From the IMG/VR virus record IMGVR_UViG_3300009034_000863: a stretch of DNA of 64,000 nucleotides. One strand, 5' to 3'. Origin of the DNA: an uncultured virus (IMG/VR IMGVR_UViG_3300009034_000863) (lineage: Duplodnaviria > Heunggongvirae > Uroviricota > Caudoviricetes). The notes below the pieces were generated by a model. It was not told the DNA's origin and searched no databases. It was given only the letters and a program-made list of their open reading frames with translations. The translations under genes were made by a program, and so were the position numbers. The number at the start of each line of letters is the position of its first letter. Position 1 is the first letter of the stretch. Below, piece by piece: positions 19,077 through 28,964 of this stretch.

Positions 19077-19699
19077 AAGGAAGGACTTGTGGAACCTGTA
19101 GATATTATAAAGAATATGATCAATGGTACGATATGGAATCTCCCCCATATTGTGTAATGCTTGATGAAGAGGTTGATATATTAGGAATATGCGGAGAATA
19201 TGATGAGGGAGAGTTTAAATGAGTGAAATAAATACTGAAGCCTTTATATTTGCTTGGGGTATTATGTTTGTGGTATTTATAATCTATATGCTTTGGATGT
19301 TTGTTTGTCATCCAACAGTTAGAGAATTGGACTTAGTTCCTTAAGGTGAATGAATGAAAGAACTTTATTATCGAGAATTGAAGGGTAAAGACAAGAAAAT
19401 AATTGATAAAGGATGTACTGCTTGTATTGATTTACTCTATAATAAAATGAAACTAAAGAAATGGCAGTGTTATCTAGTGGTGAAAACTCTTTATGATTCA
19501 TTTCCTAGAGAGTATTTGAGGACTGAATAATGGATATGGGATATTGTAAAGAAGCTGGATATTGGACACATAATATGGAATACTGTTTAGAGTGTAATGG
19601 AGACAGCAATTGGTGTATAAGAGTCAATTATCAATTTCCTACAAAAGTTATAAATAAGAAATATTGTCGTCACTGGACAAGGAATAGGAGAGCAAGTAA

Positions 19700-19891
19700 A
19701 TGAAAATAATAAGAAAAGTGAGTCAAGAAGAAATGGAAGAAAAGTTTCCTGATTTAATGGAAGCATTAAATTCTTCAGATGTAATGTATTGTAATAATTG
19801 TGATGGATTAAGAATTTTCAAAAACAATAAATGTAAAGCATGTGGAAAAGAGGGAGGAGATCCTCCGTTTCTAGGGGAAGTAGAAAAATGA
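19700..19891 (+). CDS. small Zn-ribbon protein
   Basis: CNNC...CKAC. Confidence 0.55.
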   Translation: MKIIRKVSQEEMEEKFPDLMEALNSSDVMYCNNCDGLRIFKNNKCKACGKEGGDPPFLGEVEK

Positions 19892-20982
19892 AAAAGATAT
19901 TAGTTTTAGGACATCATATAAATGAAGTATCTGGACTAGGGAAGGTAGTTAAGAATCTATGGACAAGAATCAAAGGGTATGAGATACATTTAGTTGTACC
20001 GACTGGAAGAGGATTAGCACCTAAACTTCCAGAACGTATTGGAAATATGACAATATATTATGCTTCTGATCCTGCTACATTAGAATTTTATTATGATAAT
20101 ATTGGACCTGACTTAGTATTTATTGAAGGAGCGTATCCACATATGAAATTCTGGGATCAGGCTATGAATAGAGTAAGGATTGAAGTTCCTATTATTATCT
20201 ATACAGTTACTGATCATCCTCCGATCCCTGAAGGTCTAAAATTTATTTATAGAGATGCCGACTTAGTGATTACTCCTTCTAAATTTTCTAAAAAAGTACT
20301 GAAAGAAGCTGGAGTTAAAAAGGTCATAGTATTGTATCATGGAGTAGATTCTACAGTATATAAACCGATTCCTGTTCCTCAGAGGGAAGATTTCATATGG
20401 GGTTGTGTAGCTCAGAACAATATTCGGAAACAGTTAGATAGACTTCTGAGAGCTAGAAAATTATTCCCTCATGGTAAACTCAAGTTTACTTGTAAGCCAA
20501 CAGCTAGTAGAGATATGTGGTCTATGAATCTGATAGCAATCTCTAGAGAATTAGGATTAGAAGATGCAGTTGAATGGAACAAGTTTTCTAGTAAAGATGT
20601 TCCTATGGAAGAAAAGATAATGCCTTTGATCTATAATGAGTTTGATGTGCATGTACTTCCTACAGGTGGAGAATCAGGGGGATTGACATATCTTGAAGCT
20701 ATGGCTTGTGGAATAATAAATATTACAACTGACTGTGGAGTGGCAAGGGAACTAATTGGTGACGCTGGTTTATACATTAAGGTAGCTGAAGAGTTTTGGA
20801 CTAAATGGGGAATATTATATCTAGCTAGTGTGGAAGACTTAGCAGAAAAGATGAAATTAATATATGAAAACGATGATATGTTGATTAAACTGGCAAAGAA
20901 GGGGTTGAAGAGGGCTTGGAAGTTCAACTGGAACGTTCCTGCCATTAAATTACAAAAGATACTTGATACATTTCTATCATAA
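19888..20982 (+). CDS. glycosyltransferase family 4 (GT-B)
   Basis: SGLG, TPSKF, HGVD, NNIRK, PTGGESGGLTYLEAMACG. Start moved to the in-frame ATG at 19888. Confidence 0.9.
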   Translation: MKKILVLGHHINEVSGLGKVVKNLWTRIKGYEIHLVVPTGRGLAPKLPERIGNMTIYYASDPATLEFYYDNIGPDLVFIEGAYPHMKFWDQAMNRVRIEVPIIIYTVTDHPPIPEGLKFIYRDADLVITPSKFSKKVLKEAGVKKVIVLYHGVDSTVYKPIPVPQREDFIWGCVAQNNIRKQLDRLLRARKLFPHGKLKFTCKPTASRDMWSMNLIAISRELGLEDAVEWNKFSSKDVPMEEKIMPLIYNEFDVHVLPTGGESGGLTYLEAMACGIINITTDCGVARELIGDAGLYIKVAEEFWTKWGILYLASVEDLAEKMKLIYENDDMLIKLAKKGLKRAWKFNWNVPAIKLQKILDTFLS

Positions 20983-20991
20983 GGAAATATC

Positions 20992-21042
20992 TTTATATAT
21001 TGTTAAGAGACTAATAGCTAGGGAACAATTGTCTGAGGGGTA
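20992..21042 (+). promoter_or_regulatory. archaeal promoter upstream of the holin-like/protease pair
   Basis: TTTATATA box in the intergenic gap; GAGGGG SD before ATG 21046. Confidence 0.5.
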
Positions 21043-21045
21043 AGC

Positions 21046-21369
21046 ATGGTAGAGAATCAGAATCGAGAATGGAAGTTTAAGATGACTGAATGGCGAGGTT
21101 ATGTGGTCAGAGCATTAGAGGACTTAACGATTACAATGAAAGATATCAAGAAAAGTGTTAAAGACCTTGATGCTCATGTGAACGATGAAGTCTCTAAGAT
21201 GCATGATAGAATGGATAAAATGGAAAAGAATTTTAATAATATGAAAAGAAGGGATGCAGTAGAAAGTAAAGAATGGAATATATACAAGAAGATTCTTTGT
21301 TTTATTGGTGGAGGAGTATGTCTAGCTGTTATAAACCTTTTATTTAACTATATAGCTAGTTTATTGTGA
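21046..21369 (+). CDS. coiled-coil protein with C-terminal TM helix (XhlA/holin-like)
   Basis: Heptad-rich N-terminal part and a single hydrophobic C-terminal helix (ILCFIGGGVCLAVINLLF). Confidence 0.55.
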   Translation: MVENQNREWKFKMTEWRGYVVRALEDLTITMKDIKKSVKDLDAHVNDEVSKMHDRMDKMEKNFNNMKRRDAVESKEWNIYKKILCFIGGGVCLAVINLLFNYIASLL

Positions 21370-21378
21370 GGAATTTAA

Positions 21379-22440
21379 ATGAATAAAACAGATGAAGTTA
21401 TAGAACAATTATGGAAAGATATCAAGAAGAAAAGAAATGTCATAGGTTATTCTGGTACATTGAAGCCTAAAGAAACAGATGGAAAAGTTGATAAGAAAAA
21501 GAAAAGTATTAGAGTATATGTAGAAAAGAAAGTTGACCTAGAAGAGTTTTATAATAAAAAGAATAATAGTTGGACCAATAAACTTAAAAGAATATTTGAA
21601 GGAGTCTTAAAGTTTATACATATTACTCCTGACATTAAGGTTATCAAGAAAGATTTGATACCAGACAGTATTGAAGATTATGATATTGACATAGTTGTAA
21701 GTGAAGAGATTAATGCTCTAGCATTGGACCCCAAGAAAAAATATAGACCAATGGTAGCAGGAATCTCTAGCATTCATTATCAAGGTACAGCATGTACAAT
21801 TAATGGGTTCTACAAAGATCCAAAGACAGGAGAAGTTTATGTAGCGTCCAATAATCACTGTTATGACTTGACTAATAAAGCTCAAGTTGGAGATGCTTCT
21901 TTACAACCTTCACCTAGAGATGGAGGAAAATATCCATCAGATATTAATGGAGAAAACTGTATGGGAGTACCAATAAACTTTAATGGATTTACTTGTCCAT
22001 ATAGAAATCTTGTATTGAAAATTGGTAAAGTTCTCTATCCTTACCAAGCTGAAAACTTAGTGGATATATGGATGAACAAATGTAAATGTGAATGGAAGAA
22101 TGAAGTGTTAAATCTAGGGAAAGCAACAGGTAAGAGACTTCCTAATATGGGAGAGAAACTTCAGAAGATGGGTAGAACAACTGGACACACAGATCATGGC
22201 GAGACTGGTGACTTGGACTGGAATGGATATGTTGGATATGGTAGGGGACGAGCATTCTTCAAGGATTGTATATTGATTAACGGTTACAAGTTTTCTGCTG
22301 GAGGAGACAGTGGAAGTCCAGTATTCACTATGGACATGAAATATATTGGTGCATTGTTTGCTGGTTCAGAGAACTCGACTATAGTATGTAAGTACACTAA
22401 TATAGAAGCATTAACTGGTTTGGAATATCTGTTAGACTAA
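21379..22440 (+). CDS. trypsin-like serine protease (Nal1-like)
   Basis: CT, SNNHC (His), LVD (Asp), KMGRTTG, GDSGSP (Ser), GALFAGS; N-terminal pro-domain IRVYVEKK. Confidence 0.88.
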   Translation: MNKTDEVIEQLWKDIKKKRNVIGYSGTLKPKETDGKVDKKKKSIRVYVEKKVDLEEFYNKKNNSWTNKLKRIFEGVLKFIHITPDIKVIKKDLIPDSIEDYDIDIVVSEEINALALDPKKKYRPMVAGISSIHYQGTACTINGFYKDPKTGEVYVASNNHCYDLTNKAQVGDASLQPSPRDGGKYPSDINGENCMGVPINFNGFTCPYRNLVLKIGKVLYPYQAENLVDIWMNKCKCEWKNEVLNLGKATGKRLPNMGEKLQKMGRTTGHTDHGETGDLDWNGYVGYGRGRAFFKDCILINGYKFSAGGDSGSPVFTMDMKYIGALFAGSENSTIVCKYTNIEALTGLEYLLD

Positions 22441-22482
22441 GTTTAAATACCAGATAGACTAGAGTTAAGTCGAGGAATCAAT

Positions 22483-22710
22483 ATGATATGTGATTGTCTT
22501 GATGAAAATTGTAGTTGCAAGAATTTCACTTCAGACGATTACACTTCTCCAAATACCCAACCATTTTTTACTATAAATATTGATTATTCCTATTCTTCAC
22601 AGTGTCCTAGTTGTGGGTGTTTGTTTTATCAATGGGGATACAATTATTGTCCTTATTGTGGATGTCCTTTAGAAAAGAGATGCCCTCATTGTGGAAAAAT
22701 GTATGAGTAG
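22483..22710 (+). CDS. double Zn-ribbon protein
   Basis: CPSC, CPYC, CPHC. Confidence 0.65.
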   Translation: MICDCLDENCSCKNFTSDDYTSPNTQPFFTINIDYSYSSQCPSCGCLFYQWGYNYCPYCGCPLEKRCPHCGKMYE

Positions 22711-23203
22711 TTTACGCAATAAATTATGGCTTATAATACTATTTCAGTTAATCTTTCTTGACTTGTGGACTTATGCATTTATGGATGTAATTGTACATCA
22801 TGTGTTATATGATTGGGGATTAGAATTCTCTTATGCATGGGCTGATCCATATTGGATTGGTATGGGTGCATGTAGAATTAGTATTGCTTTAATGGCTGGA
22901 GCATGTTACTACTTTTTTAGAAGTGGAGAAGAACATCATAAGGTAGTCCCTATTGGGATTATTTCTACTATTTTAGGGTTGTTTTTTGGTGGATTAGAGG
23001 ACACTATGTACTTCTTAATCATAGGAGGATTCCCTCCAATGGATAGTGTTTGGTGGTGGAGTCCTTTCAACAGATTTCTTGGAATAAGGTGGACCACCAA
23101 AGAACATTTAATATACAATGCTATATGGATAATAGGGTTGATTGTTATGTGGTTAATTATTAAATTTAGATATAATATCCTAAGGAGAATTAAGAATGAG
23201 TGA
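22691..23203 (+). CDS. multi-pass membrane protein
   Basis: Four hydrophobic segments; GLED..YF...W pattern. Confidence 0.65.
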   Translation: MEKCMSSLRNKLWLIILFQLIFLDLWTYAFMDVIVHHVLYDWGLEFSYAWADPYWIGMGACRISIALMAGACYYFFRSGEEHHKVVPIGIISTILGLFFGGLEDTMYFLIIGGFPPMDSVWWWSPFNRFLGIRWTTKEHLIYNAIWIIGLIVMWLIIKFRYNILRRIKNE

Positions 23204-23429
23204 AATATTATATGCAAGAGTCTGGATATGCAAGGTATGTGGAATATACTTTGAAGGTCCAGATGCAGAAGTAGCTGCAAAAAATTGTTCTATGTCTCAT
23301 GAGGAGTTAATATTTACTCCTTTTCTGACAATAGGAACAAAAATGCCTCTACAAGTAAAAGTAGATTTAGTTAGAGGGAAAGAGATTATAAAGAGTATGA
23401 TATATATTCAAGAGAGGAAAGAAAAATGA
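23196..23429 (+). CDS. small Zn-finger protein
   Basis: CKVC...C...H. Confidence 0.55.
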   Translation: MSEILYARVWICKVCGIYFEGPDAEVAAKNCSMSHEELIFTPFLTIGTKMPLQVKVDLVRGKEIIKSMIYIQERKEK

Positions 23430-24661
23430 TAACAGTATCTGTGTTTATGTCTGATCTACATTTATTCAGCGAGACACATGATCATGACGCATTCAATGAA
23501 TTTCTGGACAATGTATATTCAGTGGTATATTCTTACAAACAAGATAATGATAAGGTAACAGTTAAAATTTATTGTGTGGGAGACGTTCTATCTGGAGCTG
23601 AAGTATATGGTAAGTGGATGGGACAGCAAGCGTATGATGAAGTACTACAGGCTGTTTCTGCACAAACATTGGGTACAGCACACATTTTCAAGAAAATATC
23701 TAAGACTATTAATGAGATGACAGGTTTAGAACCTACATTTTATATTCTGAGAGGAACACATGAGAAAGTAAGAGGAGAAAACTTTGCATGGCAGTTGGTT
23801 ACTGAACTTCAAGCTTGTGGTCTTAAAGCTACTTATATGGGTACATGGAATACTGTAAAGATATGTGATAAACACTTTGTATTTGCTTGGCATTCTAGAG
23901 GAGGAGGAGTGTATGGGTATTCTGCTGGAGCCATTAGAGATTCTATGATGGCTTTACTTGAGAGACGAGACAATCCATATATTAAAGATGTTATTGTAGC
24001 ACATAGGCATGCTGCAGGTTTTATTGGAATGACCCAAGGATTTAGATTAATACAGCTTGGAGGATTCCAACAGTTTAATGGAGCACCAGCTCAGAGACAG
24101 ATGGGAGGATATCTTTATGTTTCTACTGAAGATGAACTGTTAGAAGACATGTTTGTTCTGGTGAATGCTACTGATGATCCAATGTTAGACATACATAATA
24201 AAGTAAGATTTGCAGAAATATTTAGAGATGCATGTGAGGAAGCAGTTAAGGAAGGTAGAATTACTATTAAAGATGAAGCTATAGAGACTCCAATTGTCCC
24301 TGAAATAATGAACAAAAGTAAGGTCTTTGGTTTCTATAATAAAGCTATAAAATATTATTATGACAATGTTCCTAACTACATAAATATACTTCTTAAATTG
24401 ACTAGGAAACATTACAATGAGAACGGGGAATCACTAATATCTCTGAAGATGTTGGAGGATGTATGGGATCCTGATCTCTCAGAAACATATAGTAGCTTCA
24501 AGAGATGGAAGTCATCGTCTTTTCATCTGTATAAAGGTACACCCAAACATGATCTCTCTAAAGCTAATGTGTGGCTTAGTCCCTTTGGAGTCAAATTAGT
24601 CTGGAGTAAAGTATTGAATGATATAGTGATCGTCTTGGATGAAGATAAATGGAAGAAGTAA
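23426..24661 (+). CDS. calcineurin-like metallophosphoesterase with C-terminal extension
   Basis: SDLH, VGD, GTHE, WH and AHRH motifs. Confidence 0.8.
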   Translation: MITVSVFMSDLHLFSETHDHDAFNEFLDNVYSVVYSYKQDNDKVTVKIYCVGDVLSGAEVYGKWMGQQAYDEVLQAVSAQTLGTAHIFKKISKTINEMTGLEPTFYILRGTHEKVRGENFAWQLVTELQACGLKATYMGTWNTVKICDKHFVFAWHSRGGGVYGYSAGAIRDSMMALLERRDNPYIKDVIVAHRHAAGFIGMTQGFRLIQLGGFQQFNGAPAQRQMGGYLYVSTEDELLEDMFVLVNATDDPMLDIHNKVRFAEIFRDACEEAVKEGRITIKDEAIETPIVPEIMNKSKVFGFYNKAIKYYYDNVPNYINILLKLTRKHYNENGESLISLKMLEDVWDPDLSETYSSFKRWKSSSFHLYKGTPKHDLSKANVWLSPFGVKLVWSKVLNDIVIVLDEDKWKK

Positions 24662-24803
24662 TAAAGATCAAGTGTCAAAAATGTGGTGCGTATATCAAGG
24701 AGAGTACTAGGGAAATCCTTGTAATAGATGGTGCAGTGTTACCAGTTTGTAAAAAATGTAAGAGACGATATATTAGAAACAGCAAGGGAGGTATAGTGGA
24801 ATA

Positions 24804-25079
24804 GTGAAATCTGCTATTGGATATCTTATGAGTGACAAATGTCCACATGAAGTATGGAAACTAACTAAGAAATTAATCAAAGAATACTCTAATCTTATCA
24901 TATTGTCTAGGCAGTTAAGCATTGACCCATTCTGGTCAGAAGACGGATACAAGGGAAACCTATGGGAAGCAGGATTGATAAAGAGATGTGACATATTGTT
25001 CTTAGACATTGGAGAAGAAGTAATAGTAATAGATTTATATGATAAAGTCTACAGTAAGATATCCTTGGAAGACATATAA
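24804..25079 (+). CDS. hypothetical protein
   Basis: ORF with GGAGG SD, directly upstream of the portal. Confidence 0.5.
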   Translation: MKSAIGYLMSDKCPHEVWKLTKKLIKEYSNLIILSRQLSIDPFWSEDGYKGNLWEAGLIKRCDILFLDIGEEVIVIDLYDKVYSKISLEDI

Positions 25080-25113
25080 GGGAGTTAAAGAATAAATAGT
25101 TAGAGGGAGAAAG

Positions 25114-26487
25114 ATGTCTAGTAAATACAGTCCTTTCCTTCAAGATATTCGGAATCTGACTAAGAGGGATAAGCCTAGTAAAAAGACTATTAAACAATTA
25201 ATTAGGTCCTCTGGGGAGAGAGAAAGGCTACAGAAAGTAAAGAATCTAATTGATACTGCTACTGAAAGGATTGAAAGTAAGATCAAACCTAAAGTGTTTA
25301 GATTATTGTATCAGTCAGAAGAAACAGTCTTTGGATTGGTTAATAGGATAGATTTAGACGTTGTAGGTTCTGGTTTTATAATAATTCCTGATCCTGACAT
25401 TCCATCTGAGGATGAGAACTGGAAGAATATTGCTACTCAAGAGGCTGAGCTAGCTACTCAATGGTCTAATTCTAAATATATTAAACTTAAGTCTAAGGTT
25501 TCAATAGCCTTCACAGATTCACTGGTGTATGGAAGAGGGTTCTTAGAAATATGTTATAATGCCTTTAAGAATGATATTGTGTTAATTCATTCCGTTGATC
25601 CTGAAGACATGACATATTTAATGGATCCGACCAAAAGGGAAGTAAAACTCGATAAATATGGAATGCCAGTTGGTTATGTCTACAAAGAATATCAGGGTAA
25701 TAAACAGTTAAAGTTAATGAAGGATGAAGTAGCACACTTTAAGTTTTGGGGTCTAGGTGAACCGTCTATAGGTCTGAGTCCACTAGAACCATTATATAAT
25801 GTGTTAAAAGCCAAGATGAATATTGAAGAAGCATTAGCTGAAGCAATTTATAGAAGAGCATTTCCTTGGATTGTAGCATACGTTGGAGACAGAGATCATG
25901 AACCTTCTATTGAAGAAATAGATGAATTGCATGAAGCTATATCCGAGATAGAACAGAAGACAGAATTTACTCTGCCTTATTATTTCAAGTTGGACAAGAT
26001 AGAAGCAGGTGGACTACAGGAACTAGTTGGACATCATGAGATGTACACTAATTTAATATTTCATTCATATGGAATGCCTAAAGGTATAATGAAAGGTGGA
26101 AGGAAGACAGAAGTAGACAAGGGAAGTTTGGAGTGGGAAAGAACTGTTCTGAACTTTCAAGAGAAACTGGGTGAAATAATTCAGGAACAAATCCTTGACA
26201 GATTATATGAAGTCAGAGGATACAAGACAAGACCAAGAATCAAATGGAACATAGTTACTCCTGCTCATCAGATTACTTATGATAGGTCAATAGCTACATT
26301 ATACAGGCATGGAGCAATAAATCCAGATTTGGAATCAGAGAATTATCTGAGGAAGATGCATGGTTTACCTTTAAGATCAAGTGAGGTACCTCCAGAGAAA
26401 GAGGGTTTAAATGTCTTAGCAAAGAAGATCGCAGAATATATGACTCTGATGACTAAGTCAGAGACTGAAGGACCAGAAGAAGAATAG
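25114..26487 (+). CDS. portal protein
   Basis: DSLVYGRGFLEI, VDPEDM, DEVAHFK, GLSPLEP, YGMP and helical C-terminus; 457 aa. Confidence 0.88.
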   Translation: MSSKYSPFLQDIRNLTKRDKPSKKTIKQLIRSSGERERLQKVKNLIDTATERIESKIKPKVFRLLYQSEETVFGLVNRIDLDVVGSGFIIIPDPDIPSEDENWKNIATQEAELATQWSNSKYIKLKSKVSIAFTDSLVYGRGFLEICYNAFKNDIVLIHSVDPEDMTYLMDPTKREVKLDKYGMPVGYVYKEYQGNKQLKLMKDEVAHFKFWGLGEPSIGLSPLEPLYNVLKAKMNIEEALAEAIYRRAFPWIVAYVGDRDHEPSIEEIDELHEAISEIEQKTEFTLPYYFKLDKIEAGGLQELVGHHEMYTNLIFHSYGMPKGIMKGGRKTEVDKGSLEWERTVLNFQEKLGEIIQEQILDRLYEVRGYKTRPRIKWNIVTPAHQITYDRSIATLYRHGAINPDLESENYLRKMHGLPLRSSEVPPEKEGLNVLAKKIAEYMTLMTKSETEGPEEE

Positions 26488-26539
26488 CTTAAATTCTAGG
26501 AAGGAGATATATACTATATTGTTCTAAGGAGGACATGAC

Positions 26540-28270
26540 TTGAAACAATTATCACTTAATGCTATCAATATCTTAAGGGAAAGATATTTAATAAAAGATG
26601 AGAATGGTGATGTAAAGGAAGATCCCATTTCTCTTTTTAAGAGAGTCTCTAAACAGATTGCTGAAGTAGAAAAGAAATATAATAAAAATGGGGAGTATAT
26701 TAAAGATTTAGAACAGAAATTTCTGAGTATGATGTCTAATCTAGAGTTCCTACCGAATTCGCCAACTCTAATGAATGCTGGTACATCTTTAAATCAATTA
26801 TCTGCTTGTTTTGTAATACCTATTTATGATAGTATGGAAAGTATATTTCAAGCAGTTAAAGATGCTTCTATAATTCATAAATCAGGTGGAGGTACAGGTT
26901 ATTCCTTTTCAAGGCTTAGACCTAAAGACGACTTAGTGAAAAGTACAGGTGGAATAGCTTCTGGACCAATATCATTCATGAGTGTATTTGATGCCGCTAC
27001 TAATGTGATCAAGCAAGGTGGTAGAAGAAGAGGAGCTAATATGGCTATATTGAGAGTTGATCATCCAGACATACTTGACTTTATAGTAGCTAAAGAGAAA
27101 GAAGGTATATTGTCTAATTTTAATCTATCAGTAGCAATTACAGATAAATTTATGAAAGCAGTAATCAATGATAAAGAATATGAGTTAATTAATCCAAGAA
27201 ATAATAAAGTTGTCAAGAAGATTAAAGCTAGAGCAGTATGGAATTTATTAATTACTATGGCTTGGAAGAATGGAGAACCAGGTGTAGTATTCATCGACAG
27301 AATAAACAAATATAATCCTACTCCTAGTCTAGGAGAAATAGAATCTACTAATCCTTGTGCTGAACAGCCATTGTTACCATATGAATCTTGCAATCTTGGT
27401 TCTATCAATCTAAGTAAAATGGTAGATGGAAACAGAGTAAGCTGGGTAAAATTGGAAGATACTATTTGTCTTGCTGTTAGGTTTCTAGATAATGTAATAG
27501 ATGCTAATTCTTATCCATTAACTCAGATAGCTAAAATGACTAGAGGTAATAGAAAGATTGGTCTAGGAGTAATGGGATTTGCTGATATGTTAATCAAACT
27601 AGGAATCCCATATAATTCTGAAAAAGCTATATTGTTAGCTAAGAAACTTATGAAATTTATTACTGATAAGGCTAAGTCGGCTTCTGAAGAGTTGGGTAAA
27701 GAAAAGGGATCATTCCCTAATTTCGATAATAGTACTTTTAATGGTAAACATAAAAATATGAGGAATGCTACAGTAACGACTATAGCTCCTACAGGAAGTA
27801 TCTCTATAATAGCTAACTGTTCTAGTGGTATTGAACCATTATTTGCTCTAGTTTATGTACGGAAACTAGCTGAAAGTATTGGTAGGGACTTGATTGAAAT
27901 TAATGAGATCTTTAAGGAATATTTAGTTGAAAGAGAATTATATTCTGAAGAGTTAATGAACAAGATATCTGCTTCTACTTCTATTCAGAACAGTGAATTG
28001 CCTAAAGATATTAAAGAATTGTTTATAGTAGCTCATGATATTACTCCAGAAGAACATATTAAAATTCAAGCTGCATTTCAACAGTACACAGACAATGCTG
28101 TAAGCAAAACAGTTAATTTCCCTAGTTCATCTACACTTGATGACATAGAGAATACATTCCTACTAGCTTATAATTCAGGATGTAAGGGAATAACTGTATA
28201 TAGAGACAAGTCTAGAAAGGTACAGGTATTAGATAGAATTGAAAGTGCATGTCCAATATGTGTGATATAA
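26540..28270 (+). CDS. nrdJ: class II (AdoCbl-dependent) ribonucleotide reductase
   Basis: PNSPTLMNAG, LSACFV, GGGTG, RRGANM, TNPCAEQ, CNLGS, IAPTGSIS, KGITVYRD, C-terminal CPIC. Confidence 0.96.
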   Translation: MKQLSLNAINILRERYLIKDENGDVKEDPISLFKRVSKQIAEVEKKYNKNGEYIKDLEQKFLSMMSNLEFLPNSPTLMNAGTSLNQLSACFVIPIYDSMESIFQAVKDASIIHKSGGGTGYSFSRLRPKDDLVKSTGGIASGPISFMSVFDAATNVIKQGGRRRGANMAILRVDHPDILDFIVAKEKEGILSNFNLSVAITDKFMKAVINDKEYELINPRNNKVVKKIKARAVWNLLITMAWKNGEPGVVFIDRINKYNPTPSLGEIESTNPCAEQPLLPYESCNLGSINLSKMVDGNRVSWVKLEDTICLAVRFLDNVIDANSYPLTQIAKMTRGNRKIGLGVMGFADMLIKLGIPYNSEKAILLAKKLMKFITDKAKSASEELGKEKGSFPNFDNSTFNGKHKNMRNATVTTIAPTGSISIIANCSSGIEPLFALVYVRKLAESIGRDLIEINEIFKEYLVERELYSEELMNKISASTSIQNSELPKDIKELFIVAHDITPEEHIKIQAAFQQYTDNAVSKTVNFPSSSTLDDIENTFLLAYNSGCKGITVYRDKSRKVQVLDRIESACPICVI

Positions 28271-28271
28271 A

Positions 28272-28469
28272 ATGCCAAGTCATGGGTCTTTAACTAAAGC
28301 AGGAAGAAACAAAAAACGTAGAGAGTTTAGAATGGTACAAGGAGAACATGGACATATGAAGCCTATGATGCATAAAAGAAAACATGATCATCCAGCATTA
28401 AGAAATAAGAAGAGATACTTTAAACATCTTAAGAACCAAGAGTTTAAATATAAAGAACCTAGGATCTAG
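28272..28469 (+). CDS. rps30e: ribosomal protein eS30 (S30e) homologue
   Basis: N-terminus MPSHGSLTKAG matches the archaeal eS30 signature; P-x-LRN-KKRY-K matches the C-terminal helix; small and basic. Confidence 0.85.
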   Translation: MPSHGSLTKAGRNKKRREFRMVQGEHGHMKPMMHKRKHDHPALRNKKRYFKHLKNQEFKYKEPRI

Positions 28470-28476
28470 ACATGTT

Positions 28477-28512
28477 TTTATAAGTCAGATCCTTTATATA
28501 TTCAGAGGTGGG
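28477..28512 (+). promoter_or_regulatory. archaeal promoter and SD
   Basis: TTTATAAG, then TTTATATA, then GAGGTG. Confidence 0.5.
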
Positions 28513-28518
28513 ATATTA

Positions 28519-28611
28519 TTGGTTTACTCTGTTACTGTGGTCAAGAAGAAGAACTATGTCGTAACAGTCACTAAGAAGAAGGATTATGTGGGAAGTGTAG
28601 AACTAAAATGA
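28519..28611 (+). CDS. 30-aa micro-protein with 10-aa repeats (not in ORF track)
   Basis: GAGGTG SD, TTG start, MVYSVTVVKKKNYVVTVTKKKDYVGSVELK; TGA overlaps the next ATG (ATGA). Confidence 0.6.
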   Translation: MVYSVTVVKKKNYVVTVTKKKDYVGSVELK

Positions 28612-28964
28612 CAGATGAAACTATTTCGATATATAAAGGTGATAATGCTACCTTAGTGGTAACTGTTACAGAATCTAACACTTGGGTTAATATTACTGGT
28701 TTCACATTTAAGTTCACAGTTAAGTATGATCCAACTGAACCAGATGCAAATGCAGAATTCACTAAGTCTACCGATCTTGCTTCTGAAATATCTTTAACAA
28801 CTCCTGCTCAAGGAGAACTGGAGATATATATTGACCCAGCGAATACTATTTCTATGATGGCTGATAGATATTGTTATGATGTAGAAATGACTACTGATGG
28901 TGGAGATGTTTATACCATAGTTAGGGATTTCCTAGTTGTGGAAGAGGATGTGAGTAAAGGATGA
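28608..28964 (+). CDS. beta-sandwich virion/adaptor protein (BppU N-terminal-like)
   Basis: IYKGD...VNITG..FKFTVK...G.LEIYI.P..T...YCYDVEM...VYTI pattern. Confidence 0.65.
   Translation: MTDETISIYKGDNATLVVTVTESNTWVNITGFTFKFTVKYDPTEPDANAEFTKSTDLASEISLTTPAQGELEIYIDPANTISMMADRYCYDVEMTTDGGDVYTIVRDFLVVEEDVSKG

Noticed and set aside
26540..28270. Inteins or introns in RNR (and PolB)
   Set aside because: Both proteins have normal or compact length with contiguous motifs; no C...HN-C/S/T intein boundaries seen.
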